A stretch of DNA of 64,000 nt from Negativicutes bacterium. GTDB taxonomy: Bacteria; Bacillota; Negativicutes; UBA1444. Within the stretch, counting starts at the first letter, position 1; each line of letters starts with the position of its first letter. A program made the position numbers and the translations under genes. The stretch is taken from assembly GCA_963665275.2 (NCBI GenBank), contig CAXXIN010000003.1, forward strand, positions 160,001-224,000, read 5' to 3'. The notes beneath the pieces were generated by a model. It was given only the letters and a program-made list of their open reading frames with translations, had not been told where the DNA came from and did no database searches. Shown piece by piece: positions 30,526-40,015 of the stretch.

Positions 30526-31236
30526 TTACTCGCCGTCTTCCACGAAGCCGCGCTTGACAATGGATTGAATTCGTTTTAAATGTTGCTTGATTGCTTTGGT
30601 CGCACCGGCCGCATCACGACTTTTAATTTTTTTCGCCAGTTCAACATGTTCCTCGCTAATTTTCTCTTTGCGTCCGGGAGTGCTCAATGTGCGGGCTCGC
30701 GTTTCTTGCAGCATTGCCATCGTCGACTCCATCAAACGGTAAAAAAATACATTGTGGCTTGCCTTAGCAATCGCCAAATGAAACAATGCATCATTTTTGG
30801 CATTGACTGCTTCGTCCAGACTGATTTCACCATTGTTCAACATCTCTACAATAGCGGTTAGTTCATCATCCGTTGCTCTGGTGATCGCAAATTCAACAAT
30901 CTTGGGTTCCAACAATTCCCGCAGCTCAATCAAATCCAACAAAAGCGTATTGCTTTGCGAAAGCTCGATCATGTTCAATTTTTCAAGCAACAAATCTGCA
31001 TGCAGGTAAACAATAGAAGTTCCACCGCCGGGCTTACTTTCGATCAGTCCCATGAACTCCAGCACTTTTAATGCTTCCCGCACCGATGCCCTACTGACGC
31101 CCATGATTTCCGCCAAAACCTTTTCGGGCGGCAAAAAGTCCCCCGGCGCCAATTCACCGGAAACAATCTTCGCTTTGAGTTGCGATATCACGACTTCATA
31201 GATCTTGGTTCCTTTAATTCGTTGGAAATTCGCCAT
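30526..31236 (-). CDS. FadR/GntR-family regulator (PdhR/LldR-like)
   Basis: LPPEKVLAEIMGVSRASVREAL, FH..IA.ASHN, EH. Confidence 0.92.
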   Translation of the reverse strand: MANFQRIKGTKIYEVVISQLKAKIVSGELAPGDFLPPEKVLAEIMGVSRASVREALKVLEFMGLIESKPGGGTSIVYLHADLLLEKLNMIELSQSNTLLLDLIELRELLEPKIVEFAITRATDDELTAIVEMLNNGEISLDEAVNAKNDALFHLAIAKASHNVFFYRLMESTMAMLQETRARTLSTPGRKEKISEEHVELAKKIKSRDAAGATKAIKQHLKRIQSIVKRGFVEDGE

Positions 31237-31289
31237 TCAAAATTCCTCACAATCATTCTTCGCAAATTCCGCAACACACCGCATCGCTA

Positions 31290-31302
31290 TTTGTCTGACA
31301 AA
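31290..31302. promoter_or_regulatory. FadR-type operator TTTGTCTGACAAA (autoregulatory)
   Basis: Perfect 6-1-6 palindrome upstream of regulator. Confidence 0.65.
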
Positions 31303-31468
31303 CATACTATTCCACAGACAATTTTAAATTCCTGCTGAATTTAAAATTTATTTTTGCATCGCACTTAATCTGTCCCCAAAGCTTGGTTGTGCATGAGAAA
31401 CTTAGAGAAAGAATCTGACCACGCTGGTCCGTCGCAATACCACCGGCAAGCAAGCTAGCTCCGCACAT

Positions 31469-31518
31469 TTGACATATTTAGCAGTTGGTGTTTATAATAT
31501 CACTTACCTAGTTAACTA
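31469..31518 (+). promoter_or_regulatory. sigmaA promoter and probable MarR box
   Basis: TTGACA(31469)-18 nt-TATAAT(31493); palindrome TAGTTAACTA at 31509-31518. Confidence 0.7.
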
Positions 31519-31541
31519 TTTTGCAAAGGAGTGTTTGAGCC

Positions 31542-31976
31542 ATGGATAAACACGAAAAACTCCTACACCAACTTTTTCAAACGGTTCGAATGATTTCCAA
31601 GGGGTTGAATACAATCTTAGAACCCTACGGTTTATATAGTTCGGAGTGGACAATCATTACGACATTAAAGGAGTCGGGTCCATTGACCCAGGGAGCTCTC
31701 TCAAATTATCTGAGCATTGAGCCTCCTGCAGTATCTCGAAGTTTAGTCAAATTAGAAAAGAAAGGATTGATTACGAGAATTTCCGGTACTGACAAAAGAG
31801 AAAAAAGAGTTTCTTTAAGCGAAGAAGCTGTATTCCAATATCCTCAATGGTTGGAAGCATCCAGGCAACATCGGCGCGCCGTTCTAGCTGACTTGTCGGA
31901 TGAAAAACAATCCGAATTGGAGCTATTGCTAAATTCAATTTACCGAAACGCTCAACAGCATGAGAAGCCCCATTAA
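31542..31976 (+). CDS. MarR-family regulator
   Basis: LTQGALS...AVSRSLVKLEKKGLITR...DKREK; AAAGGAG RBS. Confidence 0.92.
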   Translation: MDKHEKLLHQLFQTVRMISKGLNTILEPYGLYSSEWTIITTLKESGPLTQGALSNYLSIEPPAVSRSLVKLEKKGLITRISGTDKREKRVSLSEEAVFQYPQWLEASRQHRRAVLADLSDEKQSELELLLNSIYRNAQQHEKPH

Positions 31977-33237
31977 TGAACGAAATTATTTTAAAGATAG
32001 GATGGTATCAGTGGATCAAAACAACCCAACATTAACAGCGTCATCAAAGTTATGGTCAAAAGATTTTCTGTTGCTGCTAGCAGGCAACTTATTCGTCTAT
32101 CAGGGAATTTTGATGTTAATTTCAACTTTTCCTGTGTACATCAAGCAAATTGGTGGAACAGATTTGCAAGCCAGTCTGCCTTTTGCCGTTGTTTCGATTT
32201 CCGCCCTCATGGTTCGAGCTATTAGCGGAAGCGCTGCCGACACTTATGGCAGAAGGCCGTTACTCATATTAGGCCTATCCATTTTGATTATTTTTAACTG
32301 CTCCTTTATGTTTATATCCACAATTGGTTTGATTTTAGTGTTGCGGTTTTGCCAGGGACTTGGTTGGGGCATAACGTCAACGGTCTTTGCAACGATCATG
32401 TCTGATATTGTACCGGCCAATCGTCGCGGCGAAGGCACGGGATATTTTGCGTTATCTATCATTATTGCAACGGCTCTTGCATCCATAGCGGGAATCGAAC
32501 TCATCAAACGTTATGACTTCCAGGTGGTTCTTCTGGTCTCCACCACTTTAGTTGCTTTGGGAATGGTTTCCGGATTATCGATCTCCATTGCACCGATCAA
32601 AAAAACATCTGCAGAAACTTGCGCGCCAAAAAAACTGACCTGGAGCGACTTGGTTGAAAAACAGGCACTGCTGCCGGCTTTCCTGTGTTTCCTGCATTCG
32701 ATCACCCTTGGTGGAATCATGAGTTTCATTGTGTTGTATGGAAAGGAAATCGGTGTTGAAAATACGTGGATCTATTTTATTGGACATATCGCAATGATTT
32801 TAATCAGCAGACCTTTTGCGGGAAAACTATTTGACCGAAAAGGACATGCAGTCGTTATCGGTCCAGGGATTCTACTGATGATAGTAGGCCTCACCCTTTT
32901 ATCCTATGCGACCTCCGAGGTTTCTCTATTCGTTGCTTCCTTGTTCTACGGATTGGGCTATGGCGCCGCTCATCCCTCTTTGCAAGCGTGGGCAATTGAC
33001 CGGTCGCCCGCAGACCGCAAAGGAGCCGCCAACGGAACCTTCTTATCCTCTCTGGATTTAGGGTATGCGGTTGGCGCCGTATTGATGGGGTTAATTGCTT
33101 CCCACACAGACTATGCCATGATGTATCGGATATCTACGTTTTTCCTGATCGTGTTCGCCTGCACATACGGACACCATCTAATGAACAGCGAAAAAGCACC
33201 GGTTCTCGTTTGTGAATATCAAAAAAACGCTTCATGA
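31960..33237 (+). CDS. MFS efflux-type transporter
   Basis: LWSKDF, DTYGRR, RRGEGTGY, RKGAANGTF; true start possibly 32002/32011. Confidence 0.88.
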   Translation: MRSPINERNYFKDRMVSVDQNNPTLTASSKLWSKDFLLLLAGNLFVYQGILMLISTFPVYIKQIGGTDLQASLPFAVVSISALMVRAISGSAADTYGRRPLLILGLSILIIFNCSFMFISTIGLILVLRFCQGLGWGITSTVFATIMSDIVPANRRGEGTGYFALSIIIATALASIAGIELIKRYDFQVVLLVSTTLVALGMVSGLSISIAPIKKTSAETCAPKKLTWSDLVEKQALLPAFLCFLHSITLGGIMSFIVLYGKEIGVENTWIYFIGHIAMILISRPFAGKLFDRKGHAVVIGPGILLMIVGLTLLSYATSEVSLFVASLFYGLGYGAAHPSLQAWAIDRSPADRKGAANGTFLSSLDLGYAVGAVLMGLIASHTDYAMMYRISTFFLIVFACTYGHHLMNSEKAPVLVCEYQKNAS

Positions 33238-33384
33238 CCACAAAGAATGATGCTACTCTATATTTCTGGATGAAAGCCTGGTAAACGTTCGATCTCACCT
33301 TGTCGGTAATTGATAAATATTATTATTTACTTTTAAATGTTTTCGTCGTATACTTAAATCAGAGAAATAAATCCTTAGAGAGGG

Positions 33385-33591
33385 ATGATTATAATGACAA
33401 ATACTACATGTTATAATTTTGAGGGAGTGCAGGTTTGTACCCCGGAAGATACGCAAAAATTTTCCAACTATGCGCTGATAGGACTCGCGGTTCTGGTAGG
33501 GATTGTAGTTTTAGGTGTGTTGACACTTAATAACGCATCCGTCATCGGAACAGAATTGCTGGACGGATCTTCTTATTACCTCGGATTCTAG
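33385..33591 (+). CDS. Small single-TM hypothetical protein
   Basis: GAGAGGG RBS, upstream TTTACT-17-TATACT promoter (33326-33354), one hydrophobic helix, ends at strong terminator; start may be 33394. Confidence 0.6.
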   Translation: MIIMTNTTCYNFEGVQVCTPEDTQKFSNYALIGLAVLVGIVVLGVLTLNNASVIGTELLDGSSYYLGF

Positions 33592-33592
33592 A

Positions 33593-33650
33593 ATAGATAA
33601 TGGAACAAAAAAGAGGCCCGAAAGGGCCTCTTTTTTGTTCCATTATCTAT
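33593..33650. terminator. Bidirectional terminator, perfect 27-bp stem with GAAA loop
   Basis: ATAGATAATGGAACAAAAAAGAGGCCC-GAAA-GGGCCTCTTTTTTGTTCCATTATCTAT. Confidence 0.9.
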
Positions 33651-33832
33651 GACCGCAGTTTCAGCACTATATATAGCACGATTCCGGCTAGCAAAAGGAA
33701 ATTGATGAGCTTTTTGTATGACTTTACCTCAACTGTTGACTTCTGCACCGCTTTCGGATCGGTCAGCAGTCCACAATTGGGGCATGTGTCCCAACCTTTT
33801 GCGAGATTCATTTTGCAAGACCTGCATTTCAT
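33647..33832 (-). CDS. Small zinc-ribbon membrane-anchored protein
   Basis: CRSC...CPNC plus C-terminal TM helix; GAGG RBS inside end of upstream gene. Confidence 0.7.
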   Translation of the reverse strand: MKCRSCKMNLAKGWDTCPNCGLLTDPKAVQKSTVEVKSYKKLINFLLLAGIVLYIVLKLRS

Positions 33833-33836
33833 AATA

Positions 33837-35030
33837 TCACTTCCTCAACGCCGAACAAATTCTTTTCAGCCCTTCTGCCAACGAGGCTCTCGGGCAGGCC
33901 ACATTTAGGCGAATGTACCCGTCGGAGTTGGCAACGAACATATTCCCGCCTTCCAACAAGACGCCGGCATGATTGGCAAAATATAGCGGCAGGTTGTCTT
34001 CTTGCGGCAGATAGGCGCGAATATTTACCCAGGCCAGATAAGTAGCCTCGGGAATGCGAAACTCCGCTTCAGGCAAGTGTTGTTCCAAATACTGTTTGGC
34101 AAAGGCAAAATTGTCATCCAAATAGTTTTTTAACTGTTTCAGCCATTCCCCGCCATATTGGTAGGCAGCCTGCGTCGCCGTAATGCTCAGTGGATTTTCC
34201 ATACTGTAGTGTCGAGCCTTCCAAACGTCTCTTAATGCGGCATTAGGAATAATTACGTTGGAAAACATCATCCCAGCCATATTGAAAGTTTTGCTTGGCG
34301 CCATGCAAGTGATAATCCGGTCGGTTTGCGGAAAAAGTTTGGCCAGCGGCGTATGAACCTGACCGTTTCGCAGCAAGTCGCAATGAATTTCATCCGAAAT
34401 GATCCACACATTATTGGCAAGGCATATGTCGCCAAATCTCTTTAATTCTTCCGGCGTCCATACCCGGCCCGTGGGGTTATGCGGGTTGCAAAAAATACAC
34501 AACGTTACTTTTTCATCTTTCGCTTTTTCGGCCAGATCATCAAAATTCAGGGTGTAATAGCCCTGTCGGTTCACTAGGTCGGAGCAGATGAGTTCAATAT
34601 GATTGTAGTCGGCGGCATGTTTGAAAAATGCGTAGGACGGGGTAACAATCAAAATCTTTTCGTCGGGTTTGCAGATATAGGCAACCAGCTCATTCAATGC
34701 TGGAATGATCCCCGGCGAAGTTACCAGATGCTCTTTGTCAAAGGTCCAATCATACTGCTGCTTAGTCCAGTTGACGAAGGAAAGATAATAGTTGGGGTCA
34801 AAAACCTTGGTGTAGCCAAAGATTCTTTTGTCCAAGCGGTCTTTGACGGCTTGAATGATTTCCGGCGGAGTCGCGAATTCCATGTCCGCCACCCACATGC
34901 GAATAAATTCATCATCGGCATAAGGGAAGGTCATGCTCGCAGGCGCTTGGAAAATATATTCCCTGAACCCGTCCATATTCATCGCGTTGGTGTCTTTGCG
35001 GTCAATGATTTCATCAAAATTATACTGCAA
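33837..35030 (-). CDS. PatB/MalY-family PLP-dependent C-S lyase
   Basis: MWVADMEF, CNPHNPTGRVW, SDEIH, APSKTFN, RLNVACP. Confidence 0.92.
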   Translation of the reverse strand: MQYNFDEIIDRKDTNAMNMDGFREYIFQAPASMTFPYADDEFIRMWVADMEFATPPEIIQAVKDRLDKRIFGYTKVFDPNYYLSFVNWTKQQYDWTFDKEHLVTSPGIIPALNELVAYICKPDEKILIVTPSYAFFKHAADYNHIELICSDLVNRQGYYTLNFDDLAEKAKDEKVTLCIFCNPHNPTGRVWTPEELKRFGDICLANNVWIISDEIHCDLLRNGQVHTPLAKLFPQTDRIITCMAPSKTFNMAGMMFSNVIIPNAALRDVWKARHYSMENPLSITATQAAYQYGGEWLKQLKNYLDDNFAFAKQYLEQHLPEAEFRIPEATYLAWVNIRAYLPQEDNLPLYFANHAGVLLEGGNMFVANSDGYIRLNVACPRASLAEGLKRICSALRK

Positions 35031-35145
35031 TGTTTTCGCTCCTTTTCCTAGCGGATAACCACTTCTGATTATATAACATCTCTCTATTGTCTTGCGCCCA
35101 TTGCCGCAATATTTTTCAACCGATCATCAACAGCACCATCAATCG

Positions 35146-35196
35146 GCAGAGGCTGTCTCAAAACAGGTTTTCAAACCAGTTTGAGACAGCCTCTGC
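35146..35196. repeat. REP-like palindrome/terminator at the end of the heterocycle operon
   Basis: GCAGAGGCTGTCTCAAA...TTTGAGACAGCCTCTGC perfect 17-bp stem. Confidence 0.75.
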
Positions 35197-35232
35197 TTTT
35201 TCAACAGCTGTAAACTCCACGTTCATTCGTTA

Positions 35233-35790
35233 TCACATCCACCGGCGATAGCCCGGCAACTCCAAATCAAAGGCGCAGAGAATTTTCCCAATGATGTGGT
35301 GGATGTGCTCCTCCACCGTAGCCGGTCGGTTGTAGAAACTGAGAACAGGCGGCAAGATCATGGCGCCCAGTTCCGCCAGCGTCAGCATATTTCGCAAATG
35401 GATCGGGGAAAGCGGCGACTCTCTGGCAACCAGCACCAGCCTCCGTCTTTCTTTGAGAGTCACATCGGCGGCCCGCAGCAGTAAACTGTCGGAATACCCG
35501 GTAGCAATTCCGGCCACGGTTTTCATACTGCAGGGAACAATCACCATTCCTGCCGTCTTAAAAGTGCCGCTGGAAATGCATGCACCAATATCGTCTATAG
35601 AATGGACGTGTGATGCCATCGCTCGTACTGTCTCGATGGAGTAGTCCGTCTCCATCCGGATGGTCTGTTCGGCTGCCCGGGACAAAATCAGATGGGTCTC
35701 CCAATCCTCAAACTGTTGCAACGCTTTCAAAAGCCCGATCCCGATTAACGCGCCACTTGCGCCGCTCATGCCTACAATTAATCTGTTCAT
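35233..35790 (-). CDS. ubiX: Flavin prenyltransferase
   Basis: GMSGASG, PCSMKT, RAADVTLKERR, RESPL, FY; start 35790. Confidence 0.93.
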   Translation of the reverse strand: MNRLIVGMSGASGALIGIGLLKALQQFEDWETHLILSRAAEQTIRMETDYSIETVRAMASHVHSIDDIGACISSGTFKTAGMVIVPCSMKTVAGIATGYSDSLLLRAADVTLKERRRLVLVARESPLSPIHLRNMLTLAELGAMILPPVLSFYNRPATVEEHIHHIIGKILCAFDLELPGYRRWM

Positions 35791-35791
35791 A

Positions 35792-36250
35792 TCACGCCGA
35801 ACCTTTCGCTTCCAGATATTTTTGAATGGCCCGTATCCGGCCCGCATACCCGGAACATCGGCACAGATTCCCGTTGATATAGTGCTTGATCGCGGCTTCC
35901 GACGGCTCGATACCTTCCCGCTGCATCGCCAGCACGGTCATCACCAGACCCGGCGAACAAAATCCGCATTGCTCGGCGCCTTCGGCAACCAAAAACTCGG
36001 CGAATTCGGTCGCAGCCGCCTGAACGCCTTCAATCGTCGTTACCTGTTTTCCCTGAACCCGCACTGCGAGTGTGGCACAGGACAAAATGGGTTTCTCGTC
36101 GACCCATATTGTGCAGATCCCGCAAGAACCGGTATCGCAGCTTTGTTTCAGACTGAGCAGACCCTGCTTGCGCAATACGGTCAGCAAGGAATCGTCACAG
36201 GCTGCATCCAGTTGCACCGATTTCCCATTAAGCACGAATTCTATTTGCAT
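35792..36250 (-). CDS. Xanthine-dehydrogenase-family 2x[2Fe-2S] subunit
   Basis: CDTGSCGICT...C, QCGFCSPG, NLCRC. Confidence 0.93.
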   Translation of the reverse strand: MQIEFVLNGKSVQLDAACDDSLLTVLRKQGLLSLKQSCDTGSCGICTIWVDEKPILSCATLAVRVQGKQVTTIEGVQAAATEFAEFLVAEGAEQCGFCSPGLVMTVLAMQREGIEPSEAAIKHYINGNLCRCSGYAGRIRAIQKYLEAKGSA

Positions 36251-37041
36251 GCAATCACTTCCTCAATCGCCCGCTTCACCAAAACTGGGCACACCATCTT
36301 GCGATAAACCGCCCCGGTCTTCATCGTAGCGCCAAAGCTCATTTCATCAGCGGCCATCGCCGCAGCCCGCGCTATTTCATCCGGCCCGACATCTGCGCCG
36401 GCATTCAAATAGTCGGCAGCCGCCCGCGCCGACCTCGCCACCGCCGGCCGGGCGCCGACAGCGATTCTCCAGCCCCTGCCGGAATGGCAAACCGCGACAT
36501 TGATCAAGGCAAAATCACCGGTAGAATTTCGCACTGCACGAAATGCCCCAACGGCCTCTCCGGCTGGCAAAATCATTTTCTTAATGATTTCTTTACCGGC
36601 TTTTCGTTGCAGGTATTCTTCCAACGGGATTTTACCAACATTATAAAGTCCCACTTCGGCATCCATCGCCACCAGCGCGCACAACAAGTCTGAGAAGCCA
36701 TAGCGTCCGGCTGCAGTCCCTCCAATCGTGGCCTGATTTCTCACCTGTACTCCGGCCACGCCGCTTGCAGCCAGCGGCAGCATCCCGGAAAAATGACGTT
36801 GCAGCAGCGGTGAGACTTCGATTTCTCTGAGAGTTGTCATTGCGCCGATTTCAATATGATCTTCCGTTTCACGGATATATTGCAAGTCCAACCCGGAAAG
36901 ATCAATGGCCGTTCCAATCGACCGCGACCCCAGGCGCAAAAAAGCATAGCCGCCCAAAATCGCATTGCGCTCATCCGACAGCAATAGATGCTGGGCATGC
37001 TCCAAACTTTCAGCCTTAGCATACTGCGAAATGGCAGTCAC
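36241..37041 (-). CDS. Xanthine-dehydrogenase-family FAD subunit (YgfM-like)
   Basis: ILGG, IGAMTTL, VRNQATIGG, FSD, YR. Confidence 0.9.
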   Translation of the reverse strand: MTAISQYAKAESLEHAQHLLLSDERNAILGGYAFLRLGSRSIGTAIDLSGLDLQYIRETEDHIEIGAMTTLREIEVSPLLQRHFSGMLPLAASGVAGVQVRNQATIGGTAAGRYGFSDLLCALVAMDAEVGLYNVGKIPLEEYLQRKAGKEIIKKMILPAGEAVGAFRAVRNSTGDFALINVAVCHSGRGWRIAVGARPAVARSARAAADYLNAGADVGPDEIARAAAMAADEMSFGATMKTGAVYRKMVCPVLVKRAIEEVIACK

Positions 37042-37042
37042 T

Positions 37043-39367
37043 CTATCTCACCTCTTCCGTCTGAGATTTTTTCTGCTGCTGCAGCGCCGCCAGCACTGAC
37101 TCCGGCGTAATCGGCAGCCGGGTCATCCTCACGCCTGTCGCGTTGAATACGGCATCCACAATGGCTGCCGACGGGGTATGGAAAACCACTTCGCCGATAG
37201 ACTTGGCGCCGAATGGGCCTGTCGGTTCATAGCTGGGCACAAACTCCACCGTCAATTGGCCGATATCTTCCGGGCAGGGGATCTTGTATTGCATGAAATC
37301 ATCCGTCAGCAATCGCCCGCGCTGGTCATAACAGACTTCTTCAAACAAAGCAAACCCAATCCCTTGTACCAGGCCGCCTTCCGCTTGAATCCTCGCCAGG
37401 TTGGGATTAATCAAGGTTCCACAGTCAATCGTCGCCGCATAATGCAGCAATTGGACCTTGCCTGTCCCCACATCCACTTCCACTTCGGCGAATCCGGCCA
37501 CAAAAGGCGGCGGGCTGGTTTCTCCGCCATAAGTCGCGATTACCGCCAGTTGGTTGCGCCCTTTAAATGAAGTCAGTTGATAAGCCAGTTCGTCCAAGGT
37601 TACCCGCCAGCTGCCGCCTTTCACGGATAGAATCTCGCCGTCAAACTCCATCACTGCGTCCGGGTCGCCGCAAAGAACCTTGCCACCGTCCAAGATTTTC
37701 TCTCGTAGCAGTCGGGCCGCTTTGACGACGGCATTTCCCGTCACGTACGTAGTGGAAGATGCATAGGCGCCTGTTTCGTAAGGTGTCAGATCGGTGTCGG
37801 CAACCTGCAGGTTCACGCGATCCAACGTGGTTTGCAGCACCTCCGCCGCCATCTGCGCCAAAACCGTGTCGCTGCCTGTTCCCAGATCGGCGGCCCCCAC
37901 CGCCAGCGTATAGCTGCCGTCATAATTGAACCGAATTTCGGCAACGGCGGTATCCGAATTGGCGATACCGGTTCCATGCATCGCGATGGACATGCCGACG
38001 GCGCGAAACTTGTCGGGCCCGCTCGCTTGCCGTGGATAAATGCCGTCCCAGCCGATCAGTTCTTTGCCACGTCTAATGCATTGTTCCAGCGTACTGCTTT
38101 GCACCACGGCCGGCTGTTCTTTCGTTGACCCCGCTAAAAACGGATGAGCCTGCCCTTGGCGAATAATATTTATGTCCCGAAAAACAGAGGGGTCGATCTG
38201 CAATTTATCCGCCAGTTCGTTGACGGCGGATTCAATGGAAAAATTGGTCTGCGGCGCACCGAATCCACGGAAAGCGCCTGCCGGAGTTTTGTTGGTATAG
38301 ACTGCCTTTGCTTTGTAGCGCAAGGCACGGGGCGTATGATAAATCGGCAGCGTATTGTGTCCGCCCACATGCAGCACATCCGGTGCATGTTCGCCATACG
38401 CGCCGGTGTCCGCCAGCACGTCGAGGTCGATAGCCTGCAAGATGCCGTCAAGGCTTGCGCCTGCCCTCACCCGAATCTTCATTGCATGCCGTGTATTCGT
38501 GCAAGCGAAGCACTCGGAACGACTCAGAGTAATCTGGGCGGTTTTGCCTGTCCTGAGCGTCACCAACGCTGGGTATACTTCAACCAACGCAATATTTTTC
38601 CCGCCAAACCCGCCGCCAATCCGGGGTTTGATCACATGAATCCGATGCTGGGGAATATCGAGCGCCCGGGCCATGATCCGTTGAACATTAAAGGCCGACT
38701 GAGTCGCCGTAACCACTTGCAATCGCCCACGAGAATCCAGACTGGTAAACGCCCGATGGGTTTCCATCATCGCATGGGCCTGCGCTTGGGTATAGTAGGT
38801 CCGATCCACCACGGCGGCGCATTGAGCAAGTTCCGCATCAACATCGCCCAGAGTGTGGAGGTTGACGCCGGCGATATTCCGTGCAGGATTCTTGCCGATA
38901 TTGAAGTGTGCAAGGACATAATCGTCAGAATGCAGCACGCTTGCGTGCCCTTCCGCCGACTCCATGTCTAGGACAGGTTCAAGAACCTCATATTCAACCT
39001 GAATGAGTTTCAACGCAGCGACTGCTGTTTCTTCATCGGCAGCCGCCACCGCCGCCACAGGATCGCCGACATATCGCACAAGCGTATCGAAAATCAGCCG
39101 GTCATAGGGAGACGTTTCCGGATAAGCTTCCGCCGCAATCGTATACCGGATGTTCGGCGCATCCCTGTATGTCAAAACGCAGGCCACCCCATCCAATCGC
39201 TCTGCCTGCTCTGTATCAATAGACTTGATCCGCGCAAAAGCATACGGGCTTCGCAGCAGTTTCACGCACAATGCCTCTCCCGGCAGCAAATCTTCTACAT
39301 ATGCAGGTTTGCCGGTAGCCAGATGCAACCCGTCCAATTTGGCAATTGATTGCGATACGTGTCTCAT
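37043..39367 (-). CDS. Xanthine-dehydrogenase-family molybdopterin subunit (XdhD-like)
   Basis: HAMME, GGGFGGK, AFRGFGAPQ, QAEGG, catalytic GAKSIGE; start 39367 (ATGA overlap). Confidence 0.93.
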   Translation of the reverse strand: MRHVSQSIAKLDGLHLATGKPAYVEDLLPGEALCVKLLRSPYAFARIKSIDTEQAERLDGVACVLTYRDAPNIRYTIAAEAYPETSPYDRLIFDTLVRYVGDPVAAVAAADEETAVAALKLIQVEYEVLEPVLDMESAEGHASVLHSDDYVLAHFNIGKNPARNIAGVNLHTLGDVDAELAQCAAVVDRTYYTQAQAHAMMETHRAFTSLDSRGRLQVVTATQSAFNVQRIMARALDIPQHRIHVIKPRIGGGFGGKNIALVEVYPALVTLRTGKTAQITLSRSECFACTNTRHAMKIRVRAGASLDGILQAIDLDVLADTGAYGEHAPDVLHVGGHNTLPIYHTPRALRYKAKAVYTNKTPAGAFRGFGAPQTNFSIESAVNELADKLQIDPSVFRDINIIRQGQAHPFLAGSTKEQPAVVQSSTLEQCIRRGKELIGWDGIYPRQASGPDKFRAVGMSIAMHGTGIANSDTAVAEIRFNYDGSYTLAVGAADLGTGSDTVLAQMAAEVLQTTLDRVNLQVADTDLTPYETGAYASSTTYVTGNAVVKAARLLREKILDGGKVLCGDPDAVMEFDGEILSVKGGSWRVTLDELAYQLTSFKGRNQLAVIATYGGETSPPPFVAGFAEVEVDVGTGKVQLLHYAATIDCGTLINPNLARIQAEGGLVQGIGFALFEEVCYDQRGRLLTDDFMQYKIPCPEDIGQLTVEFVPSYEPTGPFGAKSIGEVVFHTPSAAIVDAVFNATGVRMTRLPITPESVLAALQQQKKSQTEEVR

Positions 39368-39984
39368 TGCCCGGCCCGCGCCTTTTTCCCCGCATCGTAG
39401 ATCAACGCGACTTCGGCGAGCTTGTGCACCAATTTTTGCGCCATGTCCAGGGCGCGCACGTCTTCTCGCGCCCCTTCCTCCATTTTGTCCTGCGACCACA
39501 GCATAGCGCCCGCATAACCGCCCACTTCATTGCTCACCACATTGATTTCACGCGCCAGCATCAGATTGATAATCGTGTTTACCGCCATTTCCTGACCGCC
39601 GTTCCGCGTACCACCGGCAGCAACAGCTACGCCGAACTTATTGCGCAGTTTTCCCGGAAAAACATGGAATAACGGCCGCATCCGGCTAAAAAACGCCAAT
39701 AATTGAGGCGTCACCGAATAAACATAAACCGGCGAGCCGATGAGATAGGCGTCCGCGTCTATGAACTCCTGCAGCAGCTCCTGCATGTCGTCCTTGATAA
39801 TGCACCATGTCTGATTTTTTTTGCAATAATTGCAGCCGTTGCAGGGCGCAATTTTTTTCCCCTGCAGTGAAATCAGGCTTACGGAAACCTCCGGCATGTC
39901 GGCGAGACTGTCCAGCGCCTGCCGGATCAGATATTCGGTAGCCCCTTTACGTGGGCTGCCGCATAATCCCAGTATTTTTACCAT
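39364..39984 (-). CDS. Iron-sulfur flavoprotein / NAD(P)H-dependent FMN reductase family
   Basis: GSPRKGAT, CNGCNYC-x5-C, GSPVY, GGTRNGGQE. Confidence 0.88.
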   Translation of the reverse strand: MVKILGLCGSPRKGATEYLIRQALDSLADMPEVSVSLISLQGKKIAPCNGCNYCKKNQTWCIIKDDMQELLQEFIDADAYLIGSPVYVYSVTPQLLAFFSRMRPLFHVFPGKLRNKFGVAVAAGGTRNGGQEMAVNTIINLMLAREINVVSNEVGGYAGAMLWSQDKMEEGAREDVRALDMAQKLVHKLAEVALIYDAGKKARAGQ

Positions 39985-40015
39985 GCGAGTCGCCTCCCTT
40001 CATTCTTGGGTGTCA

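Noticed and set aside
33385-33832. Possible type I toxin-antitoxin pair
   Set aside because: Both strands encode plausible proteins with their own RBS, and overlap is limited to the terminator; no antisense RNA promoter evident
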